Assembly (NCBI GenBank): GCA_017622815.1
Contig: JAGAQH010000021.1
Location: 5,335-69,334 of the forward strand
DNA length: 64,000 nt
Direction of reading: 5' to 3'
Source: Bacteroidaceae bacterium
Lineage (GTDB): Bacteria > Bacteroidota > Bacteroidia > Bacteroidales > Bacteroidaceae
Every line of letters begins with the position of its first letter. The stretch's first letter is position 1. The notes under the pieces are model-generated. The model searched no databases. It was not told the DNA's origin and saw nothing but the letters and a program-made list of their open reading frames with translations. The translations under genes and the position numbers were made by a program. Shown here piece by piece: positions 39,578 to 48,170 of the stretch.

Positions 39578-39665
39578 TTAAATATAACATGAGAATAGCT
39601 TATTTATCTGATTATTCTCCGAAGGATATTCATCGATGGTCAGATACTCCATGTAATATATCTAT

Positions 39666-41228
39666 ATGAAGCTACGCCTAACGATTTTAGCATTAAAGAT
39701 ATTAGTGTGTTCACACGTTCACGCACAGCAAGTATCTTTCCAGACCTTCCTTTCCGAGCACAATAAGGTGGAGAAGTTGGATAGTGCATCTTTCGGCAGC
39801 CCATACGAGTTTATCGAGAGTGAAAGCCTGTATTCCGAATTCCTTCCCCCTGCAAATGACGACTGCCACTGCAAACAGAAAGACATAAGTTGGCAAAAGG
39901 GAAGTTACATAGAGTTCGAGAATTTCATAGCGGTTGCCCTGCAACGCTATTGCAGTGACTATCAGGATGGCAATGACAAATGGTTCATGGAGAACGATGG
40001 GTTTGACTACATGCTCATTACATATTCACGCGATGGCAAGATGATAGATTGTAAGACACTCTGCCATTCCGGCACCGCCGCCTACGCTATAGGCATAAAA
40101 GCATCGGACGATGGGCGAAGTCTAGTCGTAGAACAAAAAACATTGGATGATTGCAGCCTGTTGGTTCAATACAAGAATCTGGTATACACATCGTGTACGC
40201 GCAAATACACCCTTAAATCAAGCGGGAAGATTAAAGAAAGCATTGTTGTTGCCCCGCACAAAGAGACTGTGGATGTCCTTTCCTCGGTAAAGCAATTTTC
40301 CTTCGAGCAGTTCAAGGGTTATTTTCACAAACAAGTCAATCCTACCATAAACCACACACTGTTCACCAGTGCAGGAGAGGACAGGGAACTGCCATTCGAG
40401 TCATGCCTTTTCATAATACCAGACACGCTCGACCATAACTCTTGGCCTCGCGACATACGCTGGATACCATGCCAATACATTGAGCAGAAAAACCTTATTA
40501 CATTTTTTATTATCAAAGATTGCTGTACACCAAAGGTAGGTGTCTTGCCATATGCGGACTACATGATATTGGAGTTCCACAAGGATGGGACTTTCAAAGG
40601 TGCGAAGAACATCTATCATTGGCAAGATGATTCAATAGCGGACGAAACCACAAAAAACAATCAGATAACAAAAACACTCAAAAGTCTAAAATCTATCTCC
40701 CTCCTTTCAGAGATAGATTCCACTTCTTATTACTATTATTATTCCAACTATCCTTTACATGATTGTGAAGACAATATAATAGAGTTCTCTTACAAAAACG
40801 GTGAGATAGTCGATGGCTATTTTTGGGGAACAAGTGATGAGTTTAGAGATGCTCAAGAGGGTTTCTATCCTGGATTCTTTGTTTTGCGTTTAGAACAAAT
40901 CTCTAACAAGAAGGATAGTATCGTGTTTACTCTTGATTCAAGAAAAACACAATACCTTAGCGGACCTGTAAATATAAGGCATCATTCCTCTGACGAAGCA
41001 TTAAAGCATGGCTATCATCACTGGAGACAGAACGATAAATTCTTTCAAGACAGTGTAAGATATTGTGGTACTTTCCAAAAGGGGAATTTAGTACTTCACA
41101 AAAACAAATCCAATTTCCCGCATATTAAAGACCGTCTTTTTGTAAGAATCTCTCCTGATTCACTCCAAAAGATAAACTTCCAATGCTCATTTGAAGAAGA
41201 GAATAGAGAAGAGAATACTACCTATTAA
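39666..41228 (+). CDS. orphan secreted protein (520 aa) in an AT-rich segment
   Basis: Signal peptide MKLRLTILALKILVCSHVHAQQ and no recognisable domain. Composition is clearly AT-richer than the flanks. Confidence 0.6.
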   Translation: MKLRLTILALKILVCSHVHAQQVSFQTFLSEHNKVEKLDSASFGSPYEFIESESLYSEFLPPANDDCHCKQKDISWQKGSYIEFENFIAVALQRYCSDYQDGNDKWFMENDGFDYMLITYSRDGKMIDCKTLCHSGTAAYAIGIKASDDGRSLVVEQKTLDDCSLLVQYKNLVYTSCTRKYTLKSSGKIKESIVVAPHKETVDVLSSVKQFSFEQFKGYFHKQVNPTINHTLFTSAGEDRELPFESCLFIIPDTLDHNSWPRDIRWIPCQYIEQKNLITFFIIKDCCTPKVGVLPYADYMILEFHKDGTFKGAKNIYHWQDDSIADETTKNNQITKTLKSLKSISLLSEIDSTSYYYYYSNYPLHDCEDNIIEFSYKNGEIVDGYFWGTSDEFRDAQEGFYPGFFVLRLEQISNKKDSIVFTLDSRKTQYLSGPVNIRHHSSDEALKHGYHHWRQNDKFFQDSVRYCGTFQKGNLVLHKNKSNFPHIKDRLFVRISPDSLQKINFQCSFEEENREENTTY

Positions 41229-41279
41229 GCCCTTTTTGGGGAAACAACACTGACAATACCTTATATATAATATACCAAT

Positions 41280-42143
41280 ATGAAGAAGACACTCCTTTCT
41301 GCCCTCATGCTCGTGGGCATGGTTCTTGGCATTCATGCACAGGTACCGCAAACCTTGGACGAAGGCTACAAACTGGTGTGGCACGACGAGTTCGACACTC
41401 CCGGGCGCCCCAACCCTGCCAACTGGACGTACGAGCATGGCTTTGTGCGCAACCGCGAATGGCAATGGTATCAGGGCGAGAATGCCACGGTAACGGAGGA
41501 TGGCATACTGCTAATCACCGCCCGTCAGGAAGACCGCCCCTGCCCCTGGTATCAGGAGGGAAGCAAGGACTGGAAGCACAACCGCAAGCGCATAGAGTGC
41601 ACCTCGGCCAGCGTCATAACCAGGGGGCTGCATGAGTTCCTCTACGGCCGTTTCATCGTCCGTGCCCGTATCCCCGCCAGTCGTGGCTCATGGCCGGCAA
41701 TATGGATGCTCGGCCGCAAGGACAAGTACGGATGGCCCTCCTGCGGAGAGGTGGACATCATGGAGTTCTACCCCAAGCGTGGCGTGCCTAGCATCCTGGC
41801 AAATGCCTGTTGGGGCAACGACAAGGGCGGCAGCGTCTGGGACGAAAGTGTTAAGCCCTTCACCCATTTCACCGGCAAGGACCCTCTTTGGGCAACACAG
41901 TTCCATGTGTGGCGCATGGATTGGGACAAGGACTTCATCCGCATCTACCTGGACGACGAACTGCTCAACGAGATAGACCTCAGCAAGACCATCAACGGCA
42001 AGCACGGCCATGGCGACAACCCCTTCCACGCCCCCATGTACCTGCTCCTGAACCTTGCCATGGGCAGCACCGGAGGCAAGGTGGACCTCTCCGCCATGCC
42101 CATGCGCTACGAGATTGATTATGTGAGGGTGTATCAGAAGTAG
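41280..42143 (+). CDS. glycoside hydrolase family 16 (beta-glucanase/laminarinase-like)
   Basis: Signal peptide ...GIHAQ, GH16 catalytic motif GEVDIMEF (ExDxxE) and WPAIWMLG. Confidence 0.88.
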   Translation: MKKTLLSALMLVGMVLGIHAQVPQTLDEGYKLVWHDEFDTPGRPNPANWTYEHGFVRNREWQWYQGENATVTEDGILLITARQEDRPCPWYQEGSKDWKHNRKRIECTSASVITRGLHEFLYGRFIVRARIPASRGSWPAIWMLGRKDKYGWPSCGEVDIMEFYPKRGVPSILANACWGNDKGGSVWDESVKPFTHFTGKDPLWATQFHVWRMDWDKDFIRIYLDDELLNEIDLSKTINGKHGHGDNPFHAPMYLLLNLAMGSTGGKVDLSAMPMRYEIDYVRVYQK

Positions 42144-42243
42144 TTTCCGATTTAATCCCACTTCGCGGTCTTTTCCTCCTTGTTGCTCGGCATAATCAAA
42201 ATAAATTTTGCTTCTGTTCTCGCTTCCTGCGTCGTTTCCGTTC
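42144..42243. repeat. family D, copy 2 (inverted relative to copy 1)
   Basis: Fills the whole convergent gap between the GH16 stop and the DUF4248 stop. Confidence 0.85.
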
Positions 42244-42244
42244 C

Positions 42245-42484
42245 TCACGCCTCCCCCAGGAACTCCTCTATCACCTGCACCTGTCGGGGTGAGAGGATGC
42301 GCTCGTTGCCTTTGTAGCCCACGTCCTGCAGGGCTTGCAGGAGACCTCGTGTCTGGCGGAGTTCCTGGCGGAAGAGGTGTACGGCACGCTTGTAGCCGTG
42401 GTCGGGGTAGTAGAGTAGGGCCAGGCGGCCGAAGCGGCCCATGTGGCGGCGGGTGCGGCGGGGATTGTAGGGGGTGCTTTTCAT
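42245..42484 (-). CDS. DUF4248-like small protein
   Basis: 79 aa: ...FGRLALLYYPDHGYKRAVHLFRQEL...GYKGNERILSPRQVQVIEEFLGEA. This resembles the Bacteroidales DUF4248 pattern that usually accompanies VirE/DUF3987 genes. Confidence 0.7.
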   Translation of the reverse strand: MKSTPYNPRRTRRHMGRFGRLALLYYPDHGYKRAVHLFRQELRQTRGLLQALQDVGYKGNERILSPRQVQVIEEFLGEA

Positions 42485-42500
42485 GGTCTTCCTTTTTTGC

Positions 42501-42525
42501 TGTCACGCGTCACGCAGTGTCACGC
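42501..42525. repeat. module H: GTCACGC iteron-like triplet
   Basis: TGTCACGCGTCACGCAGTGTCACGC spans the stop codon of the primase/helicase-like gene. Confidence 0.75.
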
Positions 42526-44841
42526 TATTTTGATGAAGAGGTTTGTCTGCTCGTCGAAGCGGATGAGATTGCGGCGCTTCCATTGGCGCAGCATCACGTC
42601 GGCAGCATCCTTTGTCTTCTGCTGTTGGGCATAGGCCTGGTGCATGTCCTCGCGAGTGAATGATGGCGGCAGCATCTCCAGAGTACGGCTTTTCATCCTT
42701 GGTGCAGAGTGGATGATGGCATCCTCGCGTTCCTGCGCTTCAATGAGTTGGTTGCCGAAGAGATACCATTTGCACCAGATGTCGTTTTCCAGGCTCCATG
42801 TGGCGAACTGTTCCACCTCGTCTGTCCACTTGCAACCCTCCATCAGGTAGACCATCACGGCACGGAAGAAGGCGCTCTGTATGGCACGTGGCAACAGTCC
42901 CTTGTAGGCCTTTATGCCCATTTCCTCGGCCAGTGCCTCCTGTTCCTGCTCCATGCGTTCTGCCCATTCCATGGCTTCAGTGCAGCGTACGGTGCCACGT
43001 ACGGCGCCTATCAGGTCGGTGTAGGGGCGTACGGCCTTCTCGTACTCCTCGCCAAAGGTGCCGTAGACGGGCTTGCCCTTGCCAGTGATGGTGGAGAAGG
43101 TGGCACGGTCGAAGGTTCCGTCGGAGAGCATGCTCTTGAAGAACTCCAGTGCCTTGGCAGGGGTGGTGCTTGCCTGAATCTTCAGGTTCAGGGGGGCAAT
43201 GCCGTTTACCGACTCTGCCGAGGCTCGCAACTGTCCCCATGGTGCCGCATCGTAGGCGCACCTCATGTAGGGTCCCAGGTACTTTGGCTGGGTCTTTCCC
43301 GTGAGCAGAAGCAGGGCGTCAAGTTCGTCAATCTTCATGTAAATCGGCTTGCCGTCGGCATCGAGCAGGAGTTGTGAGAACTTGGCGCTGGTTATGTCGG
43401 GCGGAAGCAGTTGGCGGCACAGTCCTTTGGGTCGCAGGGGCTTGTCCTTGTTTCCGCCTTTACGGTTGCACTCGTCGCGCCATTTCTGTTCGCGCTCCTC
43501 GCTTGCCTTGTCCGCCTCCCTGATGGGTCGGGTGATGATGTCTATGGGGTAGTTCAGCGAGGATTTTCCCGAGGCATGAGGTGCTACGCATACGTTCAGT
43601 CCGGCCGGTATCTTCTCGCGGTTGTCGGTGCATAGAAAGCGTACATCGGGGTGCAGGTAGAGCATCATGGCCGTCAGTATGCCCTGTGCCACGGCAGGCT
43701 TGCACTTCTCGGGCGTGCCCTCGAGCAGGGTGGCCATAGAGGTGGGCAACGTGGCGGGCAATGGAGGCTGCTCCATGTCGGCGGTTTCGTGGGACACCAT
43801 CCGCCTGATGGTCTCCTTCAGTACGCGCGGTGTGTAAGCCTTCTGAGGTAACTGACAAGCCCACTCGAGTATGCTCTGGAACTCGTGCTCGTCCAGTCCG
43901 TAGGATGGCAGCACCTGTGCCAGCCACTGTGGGTTGTTCTCGCACTTCAGGGCCATCATAGGCGCCACGCTCTTCAGCACAGTGTGCCGTTCGCCCTCGA
44001 TGGGCTGCTGTCCGTTCTTGCTGTGCTTTGCTATGAGTGCGTCGGCCATTTCGCGCAGGTCTATGCCGTTCTCGTCGTGGGTGGGAAAGTGAGGGGAGAG
44101 GGTTGAACGTTTAACGTTTAACGATGAGAGGGTTTGTTTTAATCCGACTTTGTCGTCTTGAACCTGCTCACGCAGTTTTCCGTTTTCCGTTTTGACTTTT
44201 CCGTTTAATAGCGGATAGTCCTCTGCATCGGGCATCTGCTCGGGGAAGAGCAGGTCGTGGTTGATGTAGAGCAGGTCTTCGCGCGAGGTGAGAAAATAGA
44301 GCCTGCCCATGTCCTTGCATGCCTCGTCCACATCCATGCCCTGCAGCAATGTTTGCCATTTGCGCTGCTCCTCGGCCAGCGTGAGGCCTTTGGCTCTTGC
44401 CACCACCACACGAAGTCCCATGCCAGGGGTGCGGTAGGCCATGGCAATGATTTGCTCCGGGGCTATGCCCAGTTGCTCTCGGATGATGTCTTTTACCTCC
44501 TCCAGCAACTCCTCGGGACGTCCCTTAGTGTCTATGTCTATGCCATACAGACCAGAAGGAAGGAAGTCCTCTGCGGCTCTTTTTGTGGCGTTCTTTTGTT
44601 GCTCGGGAGTGAGTGCCTGCAAACGCTGCTGCCGTCTCTCTTCGCTAAACATGCCGTTGAAGGTGATGGCAGAGAGCAGTTTTTTCTTTTCCTCGTCGCC
44701 AGAGGCACGGTACTCGTTCAGCAGTTCTTGTTTGCTGGGGTTGTCAAGCAGGCTCTCCAGCACGTCGCGTGTCAGAGGCTTGGGGTTGGTGTCACTTACG
44801 CTGTTCACGTAGGAAAGGTTGCTAATGTAGTCTGTGTTCAT
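42520..44841 (-). CDS. VirE_N (BT4734-like) + DUF3987 P-loop primase/helicase-like protein
   Basis: N-terminal LLSAITFNGMFSEERR...LPSGLYGIDIDTKG is VirE_N-like. Walker A VCVAPHASGKSS sits in the C-terminal DUF3987-like half. The linker (aa 212-246) is encoded by intergenic-type repeat modules. Confidence 0.8.
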   Translation of the reverse strand: MNTDYISNLSYVNSVSDTNPKPLTRDVLESLLDNPSKQELLNEYRASGDEEKKKLLSAITFNGMFSEERRQQRLQALTPEQQKNATKRAAEDFLPSGLYGIDIDTKGRPEELLEEVKDIIREQLGIAPEQIIAMAYRTPGMGLRVVVARAKGLTLAEEQRKWQTLLQGMDVDEACKDMGRLYFLTSREDLLYINHDLLFPEQMPDAEDYPLLNGKVKTENGKLREQVQDDKVGLKQTLSSLNVKRSTLSPHFPTHDENGIDLREMADALIAKHSKNGQQPIEGERHTVLKSVAPMMALKCENNPQWLAQVLPSYGLDEHEFQSILEWACQLPQKAYTPRVLKETIRRMVSHETADMEQPPLPATLPTSMATLLEGTPEKCKPAVAQGILTAMMLYLHPDVRFLCTDNREKIPAGLNVCVAPHASGKSSLNYPIDIITRPIREADKASEEREQKWRDECNRKGGNKDKPLRPKGLCRQLLPPDITSAKFSQLLLDADGKPIYMKIDELDALLLLTGKTQPKYLGPYMRCAYDAAPWGQLRASAESVNGIAPLNLKIQASTTPAKALEFFKSMLSDGTFDRATFSTITGKGKPVYGTFGEEYEKAVRPYTDLIGAVRGTVRCTEAMEWAERMEQEQEALAEEMGIKAYKGLLPRAIQSAFFRAVMVYLMEGCKWTDEVEQFATWSLENDIWCKWYLFGNQLIEAQEREDAIIHSAPRMKSRTLEMLPPSFTREDMHQAYAQQQKTKDAADVMLRQWKRRNLIRFDEQTNLFIKIA
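44104..44206. repeat. mosaic G + D-tail + A lying inside the primase/helicase ORF
   Basis: GAACGTTTAACGTTTAACGATGAGAGG, then TTTTAATCCGACTTTGTCGTCTT, then CAGTTTTCCGTTTTCCGTTTTGACTTTTCCGTTT. Translated in frame as LNGKVKTENGKLREQVQDDKVGLKQTLSSLNVKRS. Confidence 0.85.
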
Positions 44842-44945
44842 AATAGTGTATATAATATGTGGTTAAAATTGTGTTTGTTTTGTGTGCCCCGTAGAGCCAC
44901 ACATGAGTGGTCTCTACGAGGCTTGTTGTCTCTCTTTTTGTGGGC

Positions 44946-45452
44946 TCAGGCGGCTGGTTCGCAAAGTCTTTCGTACTCCTCCATCTCCTGCTCAAAGGTG
45001 ATGTTGTAGTATGCTGTCATCAAGTCCTGTACCAGTTCACCAAGGTCTGCCAGTTTGCCGTCCTTCAGCAGTGAGAGTTCCAGTTTGGTGTCACCGCTAA
45101 CCCTTGCCTTGCGCATTCTGCCGCCGTGTGGCAGGTTGGACACCTTGTAGACAGGCTTGCCCTTGTTGGGCGAGGGGTGGGAAGCTTGTGCATGCTGTTG
45201 CCCGTAGTCGTGGATGATGACCCTAACGCCGTCGGCATAGCATTTCATCCTGCACGGGATGATGTCGGTGGGGTAAAGCCCCTCTGACACCCACTGCATC
45301 CCCTTGGGTTTGAACAATGTGAAATTGGGAAAATTCTGCCATCGTCCCTCGATGTTGCTTTCGGGTTTCATGAATGCTCCGCCCTCAAAGGAGGCGGTGC
45401 CGTTCTTGCGCACCTTGATGTGCTCGCAGTCGTGTGTAATCATAGAAGTCAT
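44946..45452 (-). CDS. orphan protein (168 aa)
   Basis: ORF packed 4 nt downstream of the DUF3127 gene on the same strand, with coding-like composition and no recognisable motif. Confidence 0.55.
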   Translation of the reverse strand: MTSMITHDCEHIKVRKNGTASFEGGAFMKPESNIEGRWQNFPNFTLFKPKGMQWVSEGLYPTDIIPCRMKCYADGVRVIIHDYGQQHAQASHPSPNKGKPVYKVSNLPHGGRMRKARVSGDTKLELSLLKDGKLADLGELVQDLMTAYYNITFEQEMEEYERLCEPAA

Positions 45453-45456
45453 GAGT

Positions 45457-45738
45457 TTAATGGTGAATGTTTACTGGTAATAATTCCTTTGCCACGGTGT
45501 CCTGATACCATTGGCCGTTGTACTCGTGCGTCTGGAAGCGCAACACGCCGTAAAGTATCTCCCCTGCCTGATACTGGCACTGCGCCGCATTGCCGAATAC
45601 GGTGACGGCATACGTGTTTTCATACTTGCCCCCCAGCTCCTGGAGCATCAGGGTGCACTTGGAAGTCTGTGTACCGTCCTCCTTGCCTTGCACGGAGACC
45701 GCTGGGGTCTGTGCCACTACTCTAAATAATTTCTTCAT
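45457..45738 (-). CDS. DUF3127-like small protein (OB-fold/ssDNA-binding-like)
   Basis: 93 aa: ...GKYENTYAVTVFGNAA...LRFQTHEYNGQWYQD resembles the DUF3127 pattern. Overlaps the upstream Bro gene by 17 nt. Confidence 0.6.
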   Translation of the reverse strand: MKKLFRVVAQTPAVSVQGKEDGTQTSKCTLMLQELGGKYENTYAVTVFGNAAQCQYQAGEILYGVLRFQTHEYNGQWYQDTVAKELLPVNIHH

Positions 45739-46558
45739 AGTTGATGTGTGTGTTAAGGTTTATTGTTTGTGAATTGTCGTCCAATGTGAACAGGTCGGGG
45801 ACCCGCTCCTGTTGCCACCGTTTTACCATGGTGTGGATGAACAGCCTGCCCCTCTCTGTCCACACCATGTGTGTTTGTGTTTTGGGGGTGCCTTTGCTGT
45901 CCCGAAAGGGGAAGGTGCGGTTCTGTGCCAGTCCCTTGTCGGCATATTCGCGATACAGCATCCACTGGCCGCTCTGGCCGGGCTGGCGGAACTGTATGCG
46001 GTGTTCCTGAAGCAGGCGGTTCAGCGCCTGTGCCGTCATTCCCAATTCCTTGGCAATCTGAGTGGTGGTCAGGCATGTCTCGCTCAGCAGCACCTCTTCG
46101 GCGTATTCTGCCTTGGGCGTGAGGAAGTCAATCTGTTTGTTAGCCCTCCTGATTGTATCTTGTGCCACCAGCAAGGCTCTTGCCATAATCTGCTCGTTGC
46201 TCTCGTCAGGACGGGCCACCATGTAGCCGCCTGTTCGGCGTATGGAGGTGAGCACCTCCGAGGTGACCCATTTTGTGAAACGCTTGGCGGTATCCACTTG
46301 TGCACGAAGGATTAGCGAGTATAGTCCCGACTCGTTGATGAAGATGGTTTTGGATTTGTAATTGGAACCATTCCCCTGAATTAGGGTACTGGTTTTATCC
46401 TCATCATCTACATGTGCCGCTATGGCATTCTCTGGTTTCTTGTACCCTAATGCCTTTGCAACGTCTCTGCCACAGAACAGCAAATCGCCCTGCTCGTCTC
46501 TCACTACTCGGATAGTACCGAATTCTTCACTCTTGAAAAAATCCATTTTATTCTCCAT
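45722..46558 (-). CDS. Bro-N / KilAC (ANT) domain antirepressor-like protein
   Basis: The N-terminus FKSEEFGTIRVVRDEQGDLLFCGRDVAKALGY...INESGLYSLIL is Bro-N. The C-terminal half LTTTQIAKELGMTAQALNRLLQEHRIQ is KilAC-like. Confidence 0.8.
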   Translation of the reverse strand: MENKMDFFKSEEFGTIRVVRDEQGDLLFCGRDVAKALGYKKPENAIAAHVDDEDKTSTLIQGNGSNYKSKTIFINESGLYSLILRAQVDTAKRFTKWVTSEVLTSIRRTGGYMVARPDESNEQIMARALLVAQDTIRRANKQIDFLTPKAEYAEEVLLSETCLTTTQIAKELGMTAQALNRLLQEHRIQFRQPGQSGQWMLYREYADKGLAQNRTFPFRDSKGTPKTQTHMVWTERGRLFIHTMVKRWQQERVPDLFTLDDNSQTINLNTHINYEEII

Positions 46559-46675
46559 TATTTTATATGTTTTTGTTAATGTTTTCTTCTCTCTGCCTTC
46601 ACACGCTTATGTATATATTAATAAGGTGCAAGGTGTTCGACCGTGGTCGAGGGGTGCGGTCTTGATTTCGCAATG

Positions 46676-46683
46676 CAAAGATA
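46676..46683 (-). promoter_or_regulatory. -7 box TATCTTTG upstream of the Bro-N/KilAC gene
   Basis: Matches TAnnTTTG. 117 nt upstream of ATG 46558, with nested palindromes just upstream of it. Confidence 0.5.
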
Positions 46684-46714
46684 GCACATTCGCAAGGGGG
46701 GTACAAAAAAAATA

Positions 46715-46758
46715 GGTTGACACAGATTGATGTCAATCTGCATCAACCCATGTCAACC
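46715..46758. promoter_or_regulatory. nested palindromes built on TTGACA/TGTCAA half-sites (operator-like)
   Basis: GGTTGACA cagATTGATGTCAATctgcatcaaccca TGTCAACC. The outer 8-bp inverted repeat is 46715-46722 / 46751-46758, and the inner palindrome GATTGAtgTCAATC is 46725-46738. Confidence 0.4.
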
Positions 46759-46782
46759 GAGATAAACCTTTACGAAAGGATT

Positions 46783-47673
46783 TTATTCGAAAATGATGAC
46801 TTTATTGGCTCTGTCTAAAGCGTTCATGTCACCTCCGCTCATGTAATTGTGAATTGCCTGCCAACTGCCTTTTAGTTCAAACTCTGATTTGAACTCCTTT
46901 TGGGTAGGATTTCTGGTTATGTATCCCTTCTGTTGGCATCTCAGAAAGACACACCCCACATCTGCCCCCTTCTTGCCATCTATCAACTGGTGCAAGCGTT
47001 TCAGCAATGCTTGTGGGTCTTCGTATTGTATGATATTGCAGAAAAGACTCTTTCTGTTTTCCTCTTCCGTATCTGTCTCAGTAGTGCTTGAAGGTGGTGT
47101 GGCGGTAGTGTTGGGTTGTTTATCTGCAGGCAGGAAAAATTCCATGGCTTCGTTTATGGTCTCGTCTGTTCGTATTGTATCCAAGAAATCTTCTATAAAT
47201 TCAGACTTGTCTTTCTCCCTGTCTACAATAGCATGCACCATAGCATATATGGCGTAAAGAGCGGACAGGTTGCGCTGGTGGCTTTCTCCTTCCCAAGCGG
47301 CTGTTTCTGGATCCAGTTTTATCCATATTGAGGCCATGTCCCAGAAATCGTCCCAACGGTCAAGTGGCACTTCCGTGTTTATTGCTATTGTAGCAATGTG
47401 ATATGCCCTGTTGAAGATTTCAAGCAACTCCTCGGTAGAAGGTATCCAAGCCCCATTGGGGAAGTGCTTTTCGGACGCACCATAATTCAGTATGGATTTA
47501 TATAGTGAGGTGTTAAATTTGTTGCTCCCTCTTTCCAACTGAGATACAGTGCTGAATATGGGGCTTTTGAGTTTTCCTTTGTTTTCTCCAGTCACCTCAA
47601 CAGCATCTCTTATCAGTTGCTCTGTTTTGCTGCCCACGGCAACACATGGAATCTTAATTTCTGTCATATTCAT
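46783..47673 (-). CDS. orphan two-domain protein (about 296 aa) with a Thr/Pro/Glu-rich linker
   Basis: Start taken at ATG 47673 (MNMTEIKIP), 29 nt below -7 box 47703-47710. The track start 47832 lies upstream of that box. No recognisable domain. AT-richer than the core genes. Confidence 0.55.
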   Translation of the reverse strand: MNMTEIKIPCVAVGSKTEQLIRDAVEVTGENKGKLKSPIFSTVSQLERGSNKFNTSLYKSILNYGASEKHFPNGAWIPSTEELLEIFNRAYHIATIAINTEVPLDRWDDFWDMASIWIKLDPETAAWEGESHQRNLSALYAIYAMVHAIVDREKDKSEFIEDFLDTIRTDETINEAMEFFLPADKQPNTTATPPSSTTETDTEEENRKSLFCNIIQYEDPQALLKRLHQLIDGKKGADVGCVFLRCQQKGYITRNPTQKEFKSEFELKGSWQAIHNYMSGGDMNALDRANKVIIFE

Positions 47674-47702
47674 ATCTTCTTTTCTTATTTTCCTTTCACC
47701 CA

Positions 47703-47710
47703 CAAAATTA
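47703..47710 (-). promoter_or_regulatory. -7 box TAATTTTG upstream of the 296-aa orphan gene
   Basis: Matches TAnnTTTG. 29 nt upstream of ATG 47673. Confidence 0.5.
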
Positions 47711-47905
47711 CATCCTTCCTCCGACACTTCCAAGCAAAGTGGCGGAAAATGTGCCGTTCTTTGCATTGCAGAAACTGTACACGCACTTCCAGAGAATGGA
47801 TAATAGAAGAATGTTGTCCAATAGCAAACCATTATGGTGTGCAGGAACTTTTGTGCTGCTGCACAGAAAAGGGGGGCATAATTTTATGGAAAGCAATAAT
47901 TTTTG

Positions 47906-47913
47906 TATATTTG
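47906..47913 (+). promoter_or_regulatory. -7 box TATATTTG driving the structured element and lipoprotein gene
   Basis: Matches TAnnTTTG. 69 nt upstream of the 47983-48106 hairpin and 257 nt upstream of ATG 48171. Confidence 0.5.
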
Positions 47914-47982
47914 CCGTGGGTTTTGAGTAAATCTCTGCCCAACTCTTATCGGAAAGTTAGCGTTCAGCTATTTTTGTCTTTA

Positions 47983-48106
47983 GATTCGGGAATGTAGGAA
48001 GTTCAAGAATCAGCCTTAACACAGGAGACAAGAAGAGTGGATGCTCGCGCTATAGCGTGAGCTTTACTTATCTTGTGTTACAGGCATTTCCTACAGCCTC
48101 CGAATC
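47983..48106 (+). ncRNA. candidate structured RNA or 5' leader (four stacked helices, about 124 nt)
   Basis: P0 GATTCGG/CCGAATC (47983-89 / 48100-06). P1 TGTAGGAA(GT)/(AT)TTCCTACA (47993-48002 / 48086-95). P2 TAACACAGGA/TCTTGTGTTA (48017-26 / 48071-80). P3 GCTCGCGC-TATA-GCGTGAGC (48043-62). Three G-U pairs exist only on the plus strand. A -7 box lies 69 nt upstream. Confidence 0.4.
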
Positions 48107-48170
48107 AGATAAGTTTGGTTCACGCTTCTTTTGTGCAAGTATGTAAACACATATATTTAATTCTGAAAAT

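Noticed and set aside
41688-42506. 272-aa Pro/Arg/Gly-rich minus-strand ORF
   Set aside because: It is antisense to the GH16 gene and then reads through repeat D and the DUF4248 gene in another frame. It has no coding-like features.
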